The notes: generated by a model from the sequence alone, not told the origin. Shown: positions 11,923-25,892, counted from the stretch's first letter. The stretch: DNA of 43,556 bases from Callorhinchus milii (GCF_018977255.1 NW_024705451.1:1-43556), one strand, 5' to 3'. Made by a program: numbers and translations.

Positions 11923-12094
11923 CTTGTTGCTGTATTTCCGTCATGATTTTGTTCAGTTTGGGCAAAGTGGGTCTCATTTTCACAAAGGATTCCCACATCA
12001 CTCTCCGGGCCTCAGAACCTTTCACCATCACCAGGTTCAGAAGAAATTTGGAGCTTTGTCTCCTCTGCCCACTGTGTGTGAGCTCAGTGAGTTT
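11923..12094 (-). CDS. NLR death-fold (CARD-like) domain, second exon: KLTELTHSGQRRQSSKFLLNLVMVKGSEARRVMWESFVKMRPTLPKLNKIMTEIQQQG
   Basis: ctctacgcag|AAA...CAAG|gtaatg; 172 bp, phase 0-1. The helical pattern LLNLVMxKG..ARRVMWESF resembles CARD helices 4-6. Confidence 0.88.
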
Positions 12095-12577
12095 CTGCGT
12101 AGAGTGAGTATTAATGTATTGAAGATGGTGTGAAACATGAACAGTGACAGTGATCAGCAATACCCAGCTCCATTGACGGATTTGCTGGACTTGCTTTCTC
12201 TTCCATCCACAAACTGCTTTCCTCTATGACCACGCCTTTCATCATGTGCCCTCCCCGACACTTCCCAAATCCAGCTCGGGCTCTAACTTCACTGTCCAGT
12301 GCCTTGTGACTTCCTCGCCACACGAACGGCGTTAAATAACGACAAGTTTCTGTTCTCAGTTTTTTGGTCGTACAGACACCTCTTACACTGTGCCGTACTG
12401 ATCCACGACACACATATGGTGCATGTCTGTGTTTTAACATAACTGTTTGCATAAGCTGTTTGTTTGCTATTCTGTTGATTTTCTGAAAAAAACAGTACCT
12501 GAGCCGTGCAGCCAAGCACTGTCTAGGTGAGACTTTAACAAATGAAAGGGAAATGTTACAATCTGACGCAAACCTAC

Positions 12578-12744
12578 TGTGTGCTCCTGCGGGGTGAAAC
12601 ATTCCTTCTGTCTGAGCCTTGAGCTGATGTCCTCCACGCCTTCCTCAATGGCCTGTTCCAATCGGTCCCGGTAGAACTTTGTCAGTCTGTGCAGCTGGTA
12701 CTCGTCGTACAGGGCCAAGGTCTCAGTGAATAAGGCATTTGTAC
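12578..12744 (-). CDS. NLR death-fold (CARD-like) domain, first exon: GTNALFTETLALYDEYQLHRLTKFYRDRLEQAIEEGVEDISSRLRQKECFTPQEHT
   Basis: ctaacag|GT...ACA|gtaggt; 167 bp, phase 1-0, in frame with the next exon. FYRDRLEQAI and FTPQEH resemble CARD helices 1-3. Confidence 0.88.
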
Positions 12745-13004
12745 CTGTTAGCAACCAATAAAAACATTAATCAGATATTATTTTACTCCTTTTCCTCGAA
12801 ACATGTTTCGGAAAATATTACTATGTTGATCGTAAAAAAGCCCTGAACAAACAGACCTCAGTTGGTCAAAAATACCATTTAGTAGCTGACATCATACACC
12901 TGTCAGCCTGGTGCAGTTGGTATCACTTTCACCCCTGAGATAGAAGGTTGTGGTTTCAAGCTCCACATAAGAATGTTGTCCTCACAGACCAGCCTGACAA
13001 TCCA

Positions 13005-13160
13005 CTGCAGGAATCCTCGCTGGTTCTTTTGCCAATTATCTTAAATGTCTGTCCCCTGGTTACTGATCTACACTCCAGACGAAAGAGCTTCTCCCACTCT
13101 ACTCGATCAAAATCCTTCTTAATTTTGAACATCTCCAGTTGATCTCTTCCGTTGAACACA
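13005..13160 (-). mobile_element. CR1 3' fragment
   Basis: EMFKIKKDFDRVEWEKLF..SVTRGQTFKI. Confidence 0.7.
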
Positions 13161-13239
13161 TTCATACCAGAGTCAGAAGTTTACAGGTTAAAGTCCCATG
13201 GCTGAAATTGGAATTCCTATCCTCCCAAAGCAGCAGGTG

Positions 13240-13860
13240 GTGGAGTGGGCGTTGAGCAAGTCGGAAAGGTAGGGAGGTGCAGGGACATGTAGGGATTTGA
13301 AAACGAGAGAGAGGATTTGAAAATCAATCCTTACGGAAATTGGGAGCCAGTGCAGCCTGGCAAGGACTGAAGTGATTTGGATCCTCTCTTTTCTGTGGTT
13401 TAGCATCCGGATGACGGAGGTAATTAAATGTTCTTTATGGTGGAACTAAGGAGACCAGGAGGGAGGGCATTCGAAATGTCCAGCCGAGAAGTGGCAAAGC
13501 CGTGACGGTTTTGTCTGTTGCGGATGTGATTTACGAACAGAGGCGGGTGATATGACAGAGGTGGAAAAACAAACTGAACTGGTCAGGGAACGGATGTGGG
13601 GGAGAAAGGAAGGCTACAGAGAGCACCTAATACCTAATTTTCGCACGGGTAGGGTGTGTTTGTGGGAGAGCCCGAGAAGTTTGAGGAGTTTGGAGCCACA
13701 AGAAATAAGTCGTTGGCGGGAGCCAAAGTGTATGGCTTCCATCTTGCAGACGTTAACAACAACAACAACAAGATTCCATTTATAAAGCTAAAGTTAAGTT
13801 GCAGGAAGTTTGCACTTATCCACGCCATGATGCCCGTCACACAAACTGACAGGGCATTAG
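13240..13860 (-). mobile_element. Degenerate L2 fragment
   Basis: WISANFLQLN, KMEAIHFGSRQRL and [31 protein letters not shown] match the L2 at 28.4-32.1 kb. Confidence 0.85.
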
Positions 13861-14360
13861 CGGACTAGGAGTTGCAGCTGGACGAGAAAGGCGAAGCGGT
13901 GCAGTAGATTTGTCTATCATACACGTGGACTGTGTCCATTTTACCCTCAATGGCTTTGGTTTGCAACCTTAGCAGGAGCTGATTTGGAAGCATGCTGTTC
14001 CCTAGGAATGATCTTTCACTGCTAGACCTGACCATGTGCCAGGCAGGCTGGTATGTCACTGTAAGCCCTGCCCATCTGTCAGGTTGGCTGCATTTTCATT
14101 ACATGACATGCCCACGGGCCAGTCTGGATGGTCTGTCATCATCAGTGATTGGTTCATGAACCGTCAAACATGTCCCTGATCTTCCATTTCACAAATTAGG
14201 AATTTGCTCAACCCCAATAAATATTGACTGATCTTCTGGTTCCAAAGTGTGTAAGATAAATATACGTGCTTTTGTTTAAACGTACTTAATAAACACATTA
14301 CATTTGTTCATTATCATCCCTTTAAATTTTCCTCAAAAGCAGTTAAAGGGAAGCTGTTAC

Positions 14361-14451
14361 CTGTTGGTCTGTTGTACGGGGTTTGATCCGCACCACCGGT
14401 CATTCCATTGCCCTCTGCACTGGCACTTGGTTCCGTCTCCGTGGAGGCCAT
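14361..14451 (-). CDS. Probable first coding exon of the NLR: MASTETEPSASAEGNGMTGGADQTPYNRPT(G)
   Basis: GAGATGG Kozak context; in-frame TGA upstream at 14487-14485; donor ACAG|gtaac, phase 1, matching exon 12744. A candidate acceptor ctggcag| at 14529 would add 78 nt of 5' UTR. Confidence 0.7.
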
Positions 14452-15027
14452 CTCACTCCAATCTCCCAAAGTGGTGCAACCGATTCACAATGCAGTTGGG
14501 CAACACCAGATGTGGTCGCTGTTTCAGTCCTGCCAGATGTAGATGTGCTTAGTAGTGGTGATGGTGATCATTTAATTAAAACATCTGTTTTCTTGTGGTT
14601 CTCTGTTTCATAAGAATGTTTCCTCTTTCGAACAATGTTCCAAAATCCCCTCAACTGCTGCTATGTGCAGCCTAGTTTGTAAGATTTGCGACAGGTGTTG
14701 AGCGTTTTTAATAGTTGCAAGGCTAACAGAGAATCCAGACGTGATCTCTCAGGCAAAACACAAGGTTAGCATTTCTCATGGACTCTCCTACTTTGTCACA
14801 ATTGACATTTAACCTACAATGAAATAAATTTCAAGACTATCGTCATGCCAAGTTCCAATTCAGCAATTAAGTATATTCAAATTTCTTACTCAAATGCAGT
14901 AAGGCGTAAATGTACTGACCTTTCTTGCATTTGTTTTCTTTCAAGTTAGGAAGATGTCTCAAAACACTTCCCCGCTTACGGCGAATCATAGTGAATCTGT
15001 ATTTTGTAGGTGAATACAGCAGCCGCA

Positions 15028-16320
15028 GAATCATAGAGTAGAGAAGGAGGCCATTCGGCCGATTTCGTCTGTGCCGGCTCTTTGAAAAGAGCTGCCCAAA
15101 CCAAAACCATTCCCCCGCTCTCTCCCCATAGCCATGCAAATTTGCCTTCCCCAAATAATCATCTACTTCTCTCTACTTCTTCTCTAGAATCGGCTTCCAC
15201 AACCCTTTCAGGCAATGTATTCCAGATCCGAAAAAAATTCTCCTACCCCTCCCCGCTGCTTCTTTTAACAACTATTTTAAATCGGTGTCCTCCCCTTGTT
15301 CACCCTATCGAATCACTTCATCATTTTGAAAACTTCTATTAAGGCTCCACTAAACCTTATCTGCTCCAAGGAGAATAATCCTAGCTTCCCTAGCCTCTCC
15401 TGATAACTGAAGTCCCTCATTCCTGGTCTCCTGCTGTAAATCTCCTTTGCACCCTTTCCAATCCATTGACATCCTTCCTAAAGTGTGGTGCTCATCACTT
15501 ATCACAATCTCTAGCTGAGGCCTAACCATTGTTTGATAAATGTTCATCATAACTTCTTGACTTTTGTATACTATGCCCCTATTTATAAAGCCTAGTATTC
15601 TGTATGCTTTCTTAACAGCATTATATACCTGTCCTGCCACCTTCAAAGATTTACTTATATAACCCCCAGTCTCTTTTTTCCTTCACCCCCTTTAAGATTC
15701 TACCATCTATTTTACATTGCCCTCCTCATTCTTCCTCCCAAAATGTATTACTTCACATTTATCCACAGTAAGATGTATACGTCACGTGTCTGCCCATTTG
15801 ACCAGTCTGTCTGTGTCCCCTTACATTCAGCTACGATCCTCCTCACTGTTTGCTACCTTTCCGAGCTAAGTCTCAACTGGAAATTTGGAAATTATCCTCC
15901 TACACCAAAGTCCCGGTTATTTGTGTAGATCAGAAACAGCAGAGGATCCAATAGCGACCCATGGGGGGCACCGGTATACACATCCCTCTCTGCTTTCTGT
16001 CTCCCAGTCAGTTCTGTATCAATGCTACTACTGTGCATTTGATGCCGTGGGGTTCCATTTTGCTTAAAAGTTTCTTATGTGGCACTTTACCGAACACCTT
16101 TGAGAATCCATGTAAACTACATCAACTGCACTATCTTCATCCACACTCTCCAATCCTTCATCAAAAGACTCTATCGGGTTCTTCAGGCCCGATTTGTCTT
16201 TAATAAACCAATGTTGACTGTCTTTTATTTACCCATATTTTACTAAGTGGAATTTTATATTATCCCGGATTATGGTTTCCAGAAGTTTCCCTCCCACTGA
16301 CGTCAGTGTGACTGGCCTTG
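15028..16320 (-). mobile_element. Degenerate CR1 RT to 3' fragment
   Basis: AVKKAYRILGFINRGIVYKS..YQTMVRPQLE; RPV.LTSVG.KLLETII-like stretch near 16300; CR1-type 3' end near 15030. Confidence 0.85.
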
Positions 16321-16510
16321 TTTTAACATTCCTTCCCGGGTTTTTCCTGGCATTCACGCTTGCCCAGTCCAGCTCCATGCCATCCGCAGTGACAAAAACA
16401 CACATCTCCAGATCATCACCATGGTGTCCTCACCAAGACTGACGCACACACATCCCCAAATCATCCCCATGCCACCAACACATACTTCCTCTACAGAGCA
16501 CCATGTCATC

Positions 16511-16817
16511 AATAATAATAATAATAATCCTTGCATTTGATATAGCGCTTTTCACGTCGGGAGGACGTCCCAAAGAGCTTCGCAGAACAAACTGTAAAGT
16601 GAATTGACTGCATATTTGTGGGCGAGCGCGGCAGCCAATTGCGCACAGTAATGTCCCACAAACAGTCGTAGATTGAAAATGACCAATTTATTATTGGAGG
16701 GATTATTATTAGGCGTGTGGAGTACGGAAACTTGGCCAAGGTTTCGCCCTCTGCCTGCAATTGAACTCAGGTCTCTCACTTGCAAAGCGAGTGCTCTAAC
16801 CACTGAGCTACAGGACT
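16511..16817 (-). mobile_element. tRNA(Ala)-derived SINE, near full length (small internal deletion)
   Basis: Family match; lacks the AAAACCAAAAAC segment. Confidence 0.92.
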
Positions 16818-16823
16818 GCACTA

Positions 16824-17680
16824 ATCAACACTGGTACACATACACATCTACAGCCCAGCATCTGGCCACCAACACTGACACACGCAGACTTCTCCAGCTC
16901 AGCCCCATGCAAGCAACTCTGAAACACCCAAGTCCACAACTCAGCCCCATGCCACAGACACTAGCACACTTCACCAACAAAACCGCATGGCACAGACATT
17001 GACACACACTTCACCAGCAAAGCCCCATAGTATCCTCAACGACATTAACCCACACACACTTCACCAGCGCAGCCCCATGTTGCCCTCACCAACTGACAAC
17101 AACACATGTCACCAGCTCAGCCCCAGGGTGCCCTCAAAAATACTGACACTAACACACTTCACCAGCTCAGCCCCAGGGTGCCATCACCAACACTATCACA
17201 CACACTTCTGCTCAGCCCCATGTCACCAACGCTGACGCACGCACACTTCACCTGCTCAGCTCCATGTCACCAAAAATGACACACACAAATTCCATCAGCT
17301 CAGCCCCATGGTCTCCTCACCAACACTGACACACACACACATAACAAGCTCAGCTCCATCCTACCAACTCTGACACACATGCTTCACCCTCTCAGCTCCA
17401 TGTTACCAACAATGATACACACATTTCACCATCTCAGCTGCATGTTACCAATACTGATGCACACACTTCACCATCTCAGCTCCATGTTTCCAACACTGAT
17501 ACACACACTTCACCATCTCAGCTGCACGCCACCAATAATGACACACATATACTTCCACAACTAACCCCCAAGTCACAACACTGACATACACAAACACTTC
17601 ACCAGCTCAGCCCCATACCACCAAACCGAAATACATACCCTTCAACTCAGCCCCATGACACCAGCACTGACAAACACACA
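16824..17680. repeat. ~35-45-bp minisatellite
   Basis: Repeated acactgacacacacttcaccagctcagccccatg. Confidence 0.9.
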
Positions 17681-17699
17681 CTGTAAGACATCAAGTACT

Positions 17700-19375
17700 G
17701 ATTGATCTCCGTCTATCTTCAGTTGAATGTAATCAAGATGGAGGCTCACCTCTTTGAGTCCTGACAGTGCTTGCTCACGCTACGTATTGATGGCATCAAT
17801 CTGCATCAAAGCTAAATTCACCTTTCTGAGCCAATGAGAAGAACATTGCCCCCTAAACTGTCCTCTAATCCATGTATGTTGGCTCTCACTCACTCTCTTG
17901 GCTTTCGCTCACCTCTATAAGGTTGCTGACCTGCAACTGCACGTCTTACACCCCCTCCCCTGGGGTGTGCAAAACATACTTACATTTTTCTTATATTGAG
18001 GCGAGACTATATGAATCCCTTACTCAATGGCATTGAAACACGCTCTCTACTCAAACTGCAGACCATACAAAACTGCAGCTTGTTTGAGATCCTACACCAG
18101 TCTCCATATCTCTATCATTATGTACTCCCGATAAGAATGTGATTTTGTACTGTATTACCATCATCCTCTCGCTCCACTCAATCCTATAGTATGTGATTTG
18201 GTTGCCGCGTGTCTGGCACATGTACAAAGCCATCACCGTGATTAAGGATATCCAAACCAGACTGAGAATGCTTCCACCCACCAACACATCAAACACTCTT
18301 TGCTTAATAATAATAATAATAATAATAATAATCCTTGCATTTGATATAGCGCTTTTCACGTCGGGAGGACGTCCCAAAGCGCTTCACAGAATAGACTGTA
18401 AAGTGAATTGACTGTATATTTGTGGGCGAACGCGGCAGCCAATTGCGCACAGCAATGTCCCACAAACAGTCGTAGATTGAAAATGACCAATTTATTATTG
18501 TTTTTGTTTTTTGGAGGGATTATTATTAGGCGTGTGGAGTAAGGAAACTTGCCCAAGGTTTCGCCCTGTGCCTGGAATTGAACTCAGGTCTCTCACTTGC
18601 AAAGCGAGTGCTCTAACCACTGAGCTACAGGACTCCACAGAATGGAATGGAATGTACCAGAGGCATATCTACTTTTAGCCTTATTCCAGAAAGTATTAGG
18701 CACAAATTGGCAAGAGTGGAAGATTGGGGACCTAATTGGGTATGGTTATGGATAGGGAACATTGATGGAGTTTACCCACCTCAAAATGTGTGGCGTACCT
18801 TCAGAAAACTGTTGAGAAAGCTTCTCTTACAGATTCAATTCAGATCCGTGTCCCCTTGTTTACATCTCTGCATGACTCGCCCATTCTAACTCTGTGACGT
18901 TTTTCAAACCCACTTGCCCGAGCTTCTCTCTCCACTCTGGCTCATATGTACTTTCTGTCCCATTCCTGATGTTCCCGAACATCAGAGGACAAACTTTCAT
19001 CTCCTCTTTCCCTGTTCTGGAACTCTACTGCTTTGGCATTGCCCCTCTGATAATGAAAAATACCCCAAGCACTGCATTGGATTCTCACCTTAGACCATGT
19101 TATTTCAGGGCCAGACTTGTGGAAAACTCACCCTTCTGACACAGGTGAGAGAGCGAGAGAGAGCACTGAGCCAGACTGTCACGCGTTGTACATTGCTCTG
19201 TAACGTGCAGGTGGTGCTGAATTTTTTTATTAATCTCTTCATTTGAGCAATAACACACTTCACTCTTCTCTATACAGTTCATCTTACAATATATACCTTT
19301 TATAGTCGGTTATGGTTTGAGCGCTCTGGGATGCTGCCCTGCATGAGGGTGCTATATAAATAAAAATTTTTGTAT
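17700..19375 (+). mobile_element. Old L2 relics (interrupted by SINE 18306-18636)
   Basis: LKLQTIQN-like segment near 18050; degenerate tail gagcgctctgggatg...gtgctatataaat near 19320-19360. Confidence 0.5.
18306..18636 (-). mobile_element. tRNA(Ala)-derived SINE, full length
   Basis: Family match with a long (ATT)n tail. Confidence 0.93.
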
Positions 19376-20741
19376 CTATTTCTCTTCCCCAATCACTCAG
19401 CGTCCTATCCATCATCAGACTAGCACCAGTGTGAGAATACCACCTGCAACGTCAACCTTCCCTTTGATGTATTTGAGCAAACTGCCTAATTCGCCTGTGT
19501 TCAATGCTTCAATCTCGTGTTCATGCTCTTTGAACCCTCATGTATGTAACAGTCAGCGAAACGTTATCAATGCAAACAGGCAATGTTGCATTTTATGCAT
19601 ATTTTCAAGTGTCATAACTGGGTTTTGGACTCTAGACTTGGGGCTAATAAGATCAGGCGAGCTACATTCAACTCCTGAAACATCAATGCCATGAGAGCCA
19701 TCTTAACAAATTCATATCTACTTTTGGGGAAAGAGAAAGAAAATGGAGGCAATTCAGTCGTGAAGTTTAAGTTTAAGATTGAGCATTAAATCTGAATTCT
19801 GAATGGATCTCCAGATCCACAATAGACTGAAACACTGAGCTACAGGGGTGAATTTTAAACCAGCATTAGATATTCGTGGAGCTACAGCCACGAAAAGGGA
19901 CATCTCAGAGAAGTCAACAAAACAATAGCAAGAACAACAATATAGCCTCCTTCACGTGTTTGGCATCTCACAGCACTTAAACAGCAGTGTAGTTGCCGAA
20001 CTGAATATTATTTTTATCACCTTCGAAAATCCATCACCAAACCAAACAGTATCCAACCAAATCTGAGATGTCCATGCATCCCACGTGTAGTGGAAACAAA
20101 AGCGATAGATTGTAGATGGAATGAGCAACTTCACTCTGGAGTGTCCATCCTGCTTAACTATTGCCGGAAAGTATTCGGTGCAGGTTGACAAGAGCCAAGG
20201 CAAGTGGGAGCCCAGAGTGCGTGTTGGGGTAATAGCTGGAGTCTACCTACGCAAAGAGCAAGATGGAAGGATTGAGGCAATGGCTGAAAAACCGTCTGCT
20301 CAACTCCTTAAAGCAGGGTAGAGGAAAGCAAGCAGGATCATGGCTAGTTTTAGGGGAACCAGCTATGAGCAAGGATTGAACAATCTCAGGAAAAAGCCAT
20401 TCAGCCCATGCAGTCTGGCTGGTGCTAATATTCCACACGAGGGCCCATCGTTGATCAGCAATATTTCGGATCAATCAAGTTCACGAATAGATGTTAGAGA
20501 ACATTTCTCCCTTAAAAGATGTCACGGTGGTTAGTTAAATTGATTAAGCAAATTACATTTAAATGATTCCATGATCACTGGCTCCGGGTTTATTTAATAG
20601 CATTAAACTTTCACTAACTACAAAACAACAAGTTGCATTTATCTTGTGACGTTCGCATGGAGAGGCATCTCCCAGCGTTTAAAACCTGCAGTAACTTTCC
20701 TGCTTTTTTTCAGCCACAATCAGAGCAAATGAGAGACTTAC

Positions 20742-20823
20742 CGTCTTGTCTCCCCGCTGACTGAGCTCCGGTTCCTGCCTCTGGTTTCCGAGCCTCTCAG
20801 TGATGTGGCTTCAGTGCTCTGAG
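20742..20823 (-). other. Candidate non-coding 5' exon, copy 1 of 4
   Basis: tgtacag|...GAGACAAGACG|gtaagt; 82 nt, no ATG; GGAGATTTCC at 20904-20913. Confidence 0.5.
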
Positions 20824-20966
20824 CTGTACATGTAATAACACACATTGGTCAGAGTCCAGCAACTAACGGCGGGCAGTAAATCACAGCCTCGCCCTCTTCC
20901 CTCGGAGATTTCCACAGAAAATAAATGCTTATCAGCTATAAAAGTTTCACTGTTCGGGATTAAGTG

Positions 20967-21044
20967 TCTGTGAAGCGCTTTGGGACGTCCTCCCGACGTG
21001 AAAAGCGCTATATCAAATGCAAGCATTATTATTATTATTATTAT
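20967..21044 (+). mobile_element. SINE 3' stem-loop plus tail only (severely 5'-truncated)
   Basis: tctgtgaagcgctttgggacgtcctcccgacgtgaaaagcgct...(att)n; absent from the three paralogous units. Confidence 0.9.
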
Positions 21045-22280
21045 AAAGCACCAATTTAAGATCGTTAACAAACGAGCATATGAGGAGGTTTGGTGAGTTT
21101 TTTTCCTGCACAGGTGGTTGTTTGGTTATGGAAATCCCTGCGGGAGGGATGTTTCAGGCAGAATCCATGTTGGCTTTCGAAACATGTCCAGATATCTATC
21201 TGAAAGGAGTGAACTATCTAAAGCGCGATTTGCGAACAGAGTAGGCAAATGAGAAGGAAAGGATTGTTATAAAATGTGCCACCACTGTGACCATAAACCT
21301 TCTTCTGTGCTGTACATCTCTATGGTTGTTTGTTTGTGGGTGTGGTACCAAATGTTGGCTTCTGGGATTTTTCAAAAAACTAATTGGGAAAGGTCCGAAT
21401 AAAATGTATTGGGGATATTCGTTTTTTATGTTGTGTTAAATATTGTGGATTTTCTCTCTGATTTCCTCTTTTCCTTCTTTCTCACTTTCTCGCTTTCACA
21501 CTTTCTCTCTGTCCTCTCTCAGTCATTGGCTCACCCTTCTCGCTCTGTCTCAGACACTCTTTCACTCTCTCAATTCCTCTCTCTCTCTCCCTCTCTATCC
21601 ACCCTTCTCTCACACACGCCTGTCCCTCCACTCACACACTCTTTCCCCTCTGACAGTCTCTCAATCTCCACTCTCTCGATCAATCACTCGCCCCTCTCCT
21701 TCACACTCTCTCCTTCCACAATCTCAGTCACTTTCTTTCACTCTGTGTCTCTGCTTTCTCCCTGTCTCTCTTTATTTCTTTCACCACTTCAACTCTCTCT
21801 CGATCTCTCACTCCTTTCCGTCAATAACTTTCCCACTCACATTCTTACCCACACTCTCACTCTGAACACATTTCTCTCACCCTCTGCCATAAAGTCACTC
21901 ACTGTCACTCTCTCACTGCTCTGCTTCCTCCCACTCTCTCCCTCCCAGTCTCTGCTTCTTTCTCTCAACCCATCCTCTCTCCACCATTCGCTCTCTACGC
22001 CTCTCCTAACACACACACACTCTTTCCCACACTCTGAATCATTCACTCACAGTATGGTGTCTCTCTCTCTGGCTCTCTCCCGGTCTCTGTTTCATTCACT
22101 CACCCACGCCCTTTCTATCACTCTCTCCCCCATTTGTGTCAACCACTGTACCCTCCAACCCTCTGTCTCCCATTCATTTATCGCGCACTATATCTCTCCT
22201 CCTATCATTCCAAGTGCTAAAAATCTGAAATAGCTTTACTGCCTTATTTCAGTCACAATCAGAGCAAATGAGAAACTCAC

Positions 22281-22359
22281 CGTCTTCTCTCCCCACTGCT
22301 TGAGCTGCAGTTCCTGCCTCTGCTCCGAGCCTCTCAGTGATGAGCTTCAGTGTTCTGGG
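22281..22359 (-). other. Candidate non-coding 5' exon, copy 2 of 4
   Basis: tttcctgtacag|...AAGACG|gtgagt; 79 nt, no ATG; GGAGATTTCC at 22440-22449. Confidence 0.5.
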
Positions 22360-22965
22360 CTGTACAGGAAATAACACACCCTGGTCAGAGTCCAGCAGCT
22401 GATGTCTGTCAGTAAATCATAGCCTCGGCCTGTTCCCTAGGAGATTTCCACAGAAACTCAATGTTTACCTGCTACAAAAGTTCCACTGGTCGGGGTTCAG
22501 TTCTTAAAGCATCAACTTAAGATAGATAGATGGCAAGTTAGCAAAGGAGGAGGTTTGACGAATATGTTGTCCTACACATTTGGTTGTTGGGTTACGAAAA
22601 GCCCTGGCGGGAATGGTGTTTGAGGCAGAATCCATATTGTTTTTCAAAACATGTCTACATATCGATCTAAAAGGAGTGAACTATCTAAAGATGGATTTGG
22701 GAACAGAGCAGGGAAATGGGACTGAAAGAATTGTCATAAAAAGTGCCATCACATCCACCATAAACTGAATAATCTTCGTCTGTGCTGTACATCTCTATGT
22801 TTCTTTGCTTGTGAATGTGGTACAAAAGTTTGGCTTTATGGGTTTTTTCGAAAAACTAAACGGGAAAGGAAGAAATAAACTTATTGGAGACGCCAATTTT
22901 TTTTTATTATTGCGGTAAATATTGTGGATTTTGTCACTCATTTTCTCTCTATACTCTCACACTCT

Positions 22966-23292
22966 GTGGAGTCCTGTAGCTCAGTGGTTAGAGCACTCGT
23001 TTTGCAAGCGAATGACCCGAGTCCAATTCCAGGCACAGGGTGAAACCTTGAGCAAGTTTCCTTACTCCACACACAGCCTAATAATAATCACTCCAAAACC
23101 AAAAACAATAATAAATTGGTCATTTTCAGTCTACGACTGTTTGTGCGACATTGCTGTGCACAATTGGATGCCACTTTCCCCCAAAAATATACAGTAAATT
23201 CACTTTACTGTGTGTTCTGTGAAGCGCTTTGGGACGTCCTCCCGACGTGAAAAGCGCTATATCAAATGCAAGGATTATTATTAATATTATTA
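22966..23292 (+). mobile_element. tRNA(Ala)-derived SINE, full length, with probable target-site duplication actct(g)
   Basis: Family match; the paralogous site near 27925 is empty. Confidence 0.92.
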
Positions 23293-25810
23293 CTCTGCCT
23301 GTATCACTCTCTCAATCACTCTCTCCCCCCTCTTCCTTTGTTTCTTTCACATATTCACTCCATCTCTCAGTTACTCTCTCTCACACACCATTTCTCTCCA
23401 CACGACATCACCGCTCTCACTCCATTTCCCCTTCCACACTCTCTCTGTCTCCCCTCTCTCTGTCACTCACACCCCCTCTTCACTCTTCTCTTTCACACCC
23501 TGTCTCTGCTTTCTCTCTCTGTCTCTATTTCTTACTCTCGCCACAACCCGAACACACCCCCAATGCCCGTCTTCCTCTTTCACTCCATCCACCATTTCTC
23601 TAAATCACTCTCACCCTCTTTAATCACTCACACTCTGTTTTGCTTCTATCAGTCTCTGTAACAATCAGTCTGTCTCCCCCTCTGTCAAACACTCACGCGT
23701 TGCTTCTCTCTCATCTCTTTGCTTTCTCCCACTTCATAAACTTCTGTTTCATTCTCTCACCCCACACTCACTCTATCTCTCTCTTGACACCATGTCCATC
23801 CACCCCTCTCCTTCCACTGTCTCTCTCATTTCTTACTCATACTGTTAACCATACACTCTCCCTTCTCTCATTCTCTCACAATCGTTATCCCTCACTGCCC
23901 ATCTCCACCCCTCTCACACACACTCTGTCTCACAATCTCAGTCACTCGGTCACTCAATGCTTTCTCCATTTGTCTCTCCCTGAAACTGTTTCTTTCTCTC
24001 CTGCCCATCCTCTCTCCAACACACTCTCCCCATTTCTGTAAATCAGACTCAGGCACACTCTCGCTCTCTCGTCTATCCTCTCAATCTTTCTCAATTAATC
24101 TCGTTTCACTTCTTTTACACATTCTGTCAAGTGATCTTTGATGATACGCTGCATCAGCTACACAATATAAAGCACTTGTTGTCTAATTTTATACAACAAG
24201 AACAAGAGTGACGAGTTCTAGTCATTATCCATTTCAGAGAGTGTCTCCAATAAAGCATCTCTCCAGAAACTTTACAGTCTGCTACAGAGCAAGAGTAGTT
24301 TGGAATCTGTTTTCCCATCCATCATCAGACATACACCAGCGTGACATTGCCACCTCCCACTTCAAATTTACCTTTGATTCATTGTAGCAACATTCCCAAT
24401 TTAGAGCATCCACTGCGCTCTTTATCTAATCTCCTGATCCTGATCTTTGAACCTCACTTGTGTAGCAGTTAGTGAAGCTTTATGATTGCCAATATGCAAT
24501 GTTGCCTTTTATGAATAATTTCAGTTAATGGAACTGTGGGTTGGGCTCCGGACTTGGGACCAGGAAGATAGTCCTTGAAAGTCAACAACTTGAGTACCAT
24601 TTTGTCAAAAATCGTTTCCACTTGCGGAGAAAGAGAAAGAAAATGGCGGCATTCAGTCCGTTTGATTGTAGACTGAAACATAATTTAGTCTTACTTCCTC
24701 CAGGGTAAAGCAATTGAGAACCATTCAGCCTCAATAGCGTCTCCATATTCTGAGCTGACTGGTCTCTCGAATTGGTGGGATGTGTCTTAAACTATCGTTG
24801 GACAAACTGCGCCCAACAAAAGAGACGTCTCAGAGGAGGAAATAAAAACAATAGCAACAACAACTGTATTGTGCCCTTCTCGTGGGTTGCAGCTTGGAGC
24901 ATATCAGCAGCAATGTGGTATCTGAGCTGAATTTTTTTGTCAGCCGAGTGTCTGTCCCACCGAAAACCGATCAACAAACCGAACATGATCCAAAACAAAG
25001 CTGAGATTTTCATACATCCCAAACTACATATGGAAACTCCAGAGTTAGATAGTTGGAATGGAATGAGCACCCTCCCTCTGGACGGACCACTCTGCTCACT
25101 TAATTCGGAGAGTATTAGGAGCAGGTTGGCAAGAGTCAAGGCGAGGGGAGACCAGAATGTGTGTTGGGGTAACTGCTGGAGTCCAACCAACCAAAACCGC
25201 AAGGTGGAAGGATTGAGGCAATGGCTGACAAAAGTGTTGGCACAGTTCCTTAAGGTAGTGCAGAAGAGAACAACCAGGATAATCACAAATGATTGAGGAA
25301 TGAACTTTGAACAAGGATGAAACAAGCTGATTCATAGATGCATAGAAAGTACAGCTCAGATTCGGCCCGACCGCCTGGCTGTTGCTTAAATTCCACATTA
25401 GTATGTTAACAATAGTTCAGATCAATCAAGTTCCCCAATGGATTTCGGAGACCGTTGATTTCTTAAACGGTTCTACGATGATTAATTCAAATAACAGCAA
25501 CAACTTGCATTGATATAGCGGCCAACACGCCGGACAGTATGTCGGAGAATGTTGGAGTGGTGGAGGACACTATGTGTGAGGGAGGGAAGAGGTGACCGTA
25601 ATCAAAGTCGTAAAGCGAGATCTTCCGTTTATGAAACAAATGATATTTTAACTCTTGCTCATTCAGTTACTCATGGTTTCCTTAATTACAATAAATGTTG
25701 CACGAACAACAAAACTTGCATTTATATGGGTTTTTCTCTCTGTGCGCTTACAACCTGGGATAATAGTATGACATTATTTCAGCCACAATCAGATCTAATA
25801 AGAGACTCAC

Positions 25811-25892
25811 CGTCTTGTCTCCCCGCTGACTGAGCTGCGGTTCCTGCCTTTGGTTCCCGAGCCTCTCAGTGAAGTGGCTTCAGTGTTCTGGG
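25811..25892 (-). other. Candidate non-coding 5' exon, copy 3 of 4
   Basis: cctgtacag|...AAGACG|gtgagt; 82 nt, no ATG; GGAGATTTCC at 25973-25982. Confidence 0.5.

Noticed and set aside
24792..25325. 177-aa ORF with WSPLALTLANL resembling a Penelope RT motif
   Set aside because: No other RT motifs, and the paralogous copy near 20.2 kb does not keep the frame.
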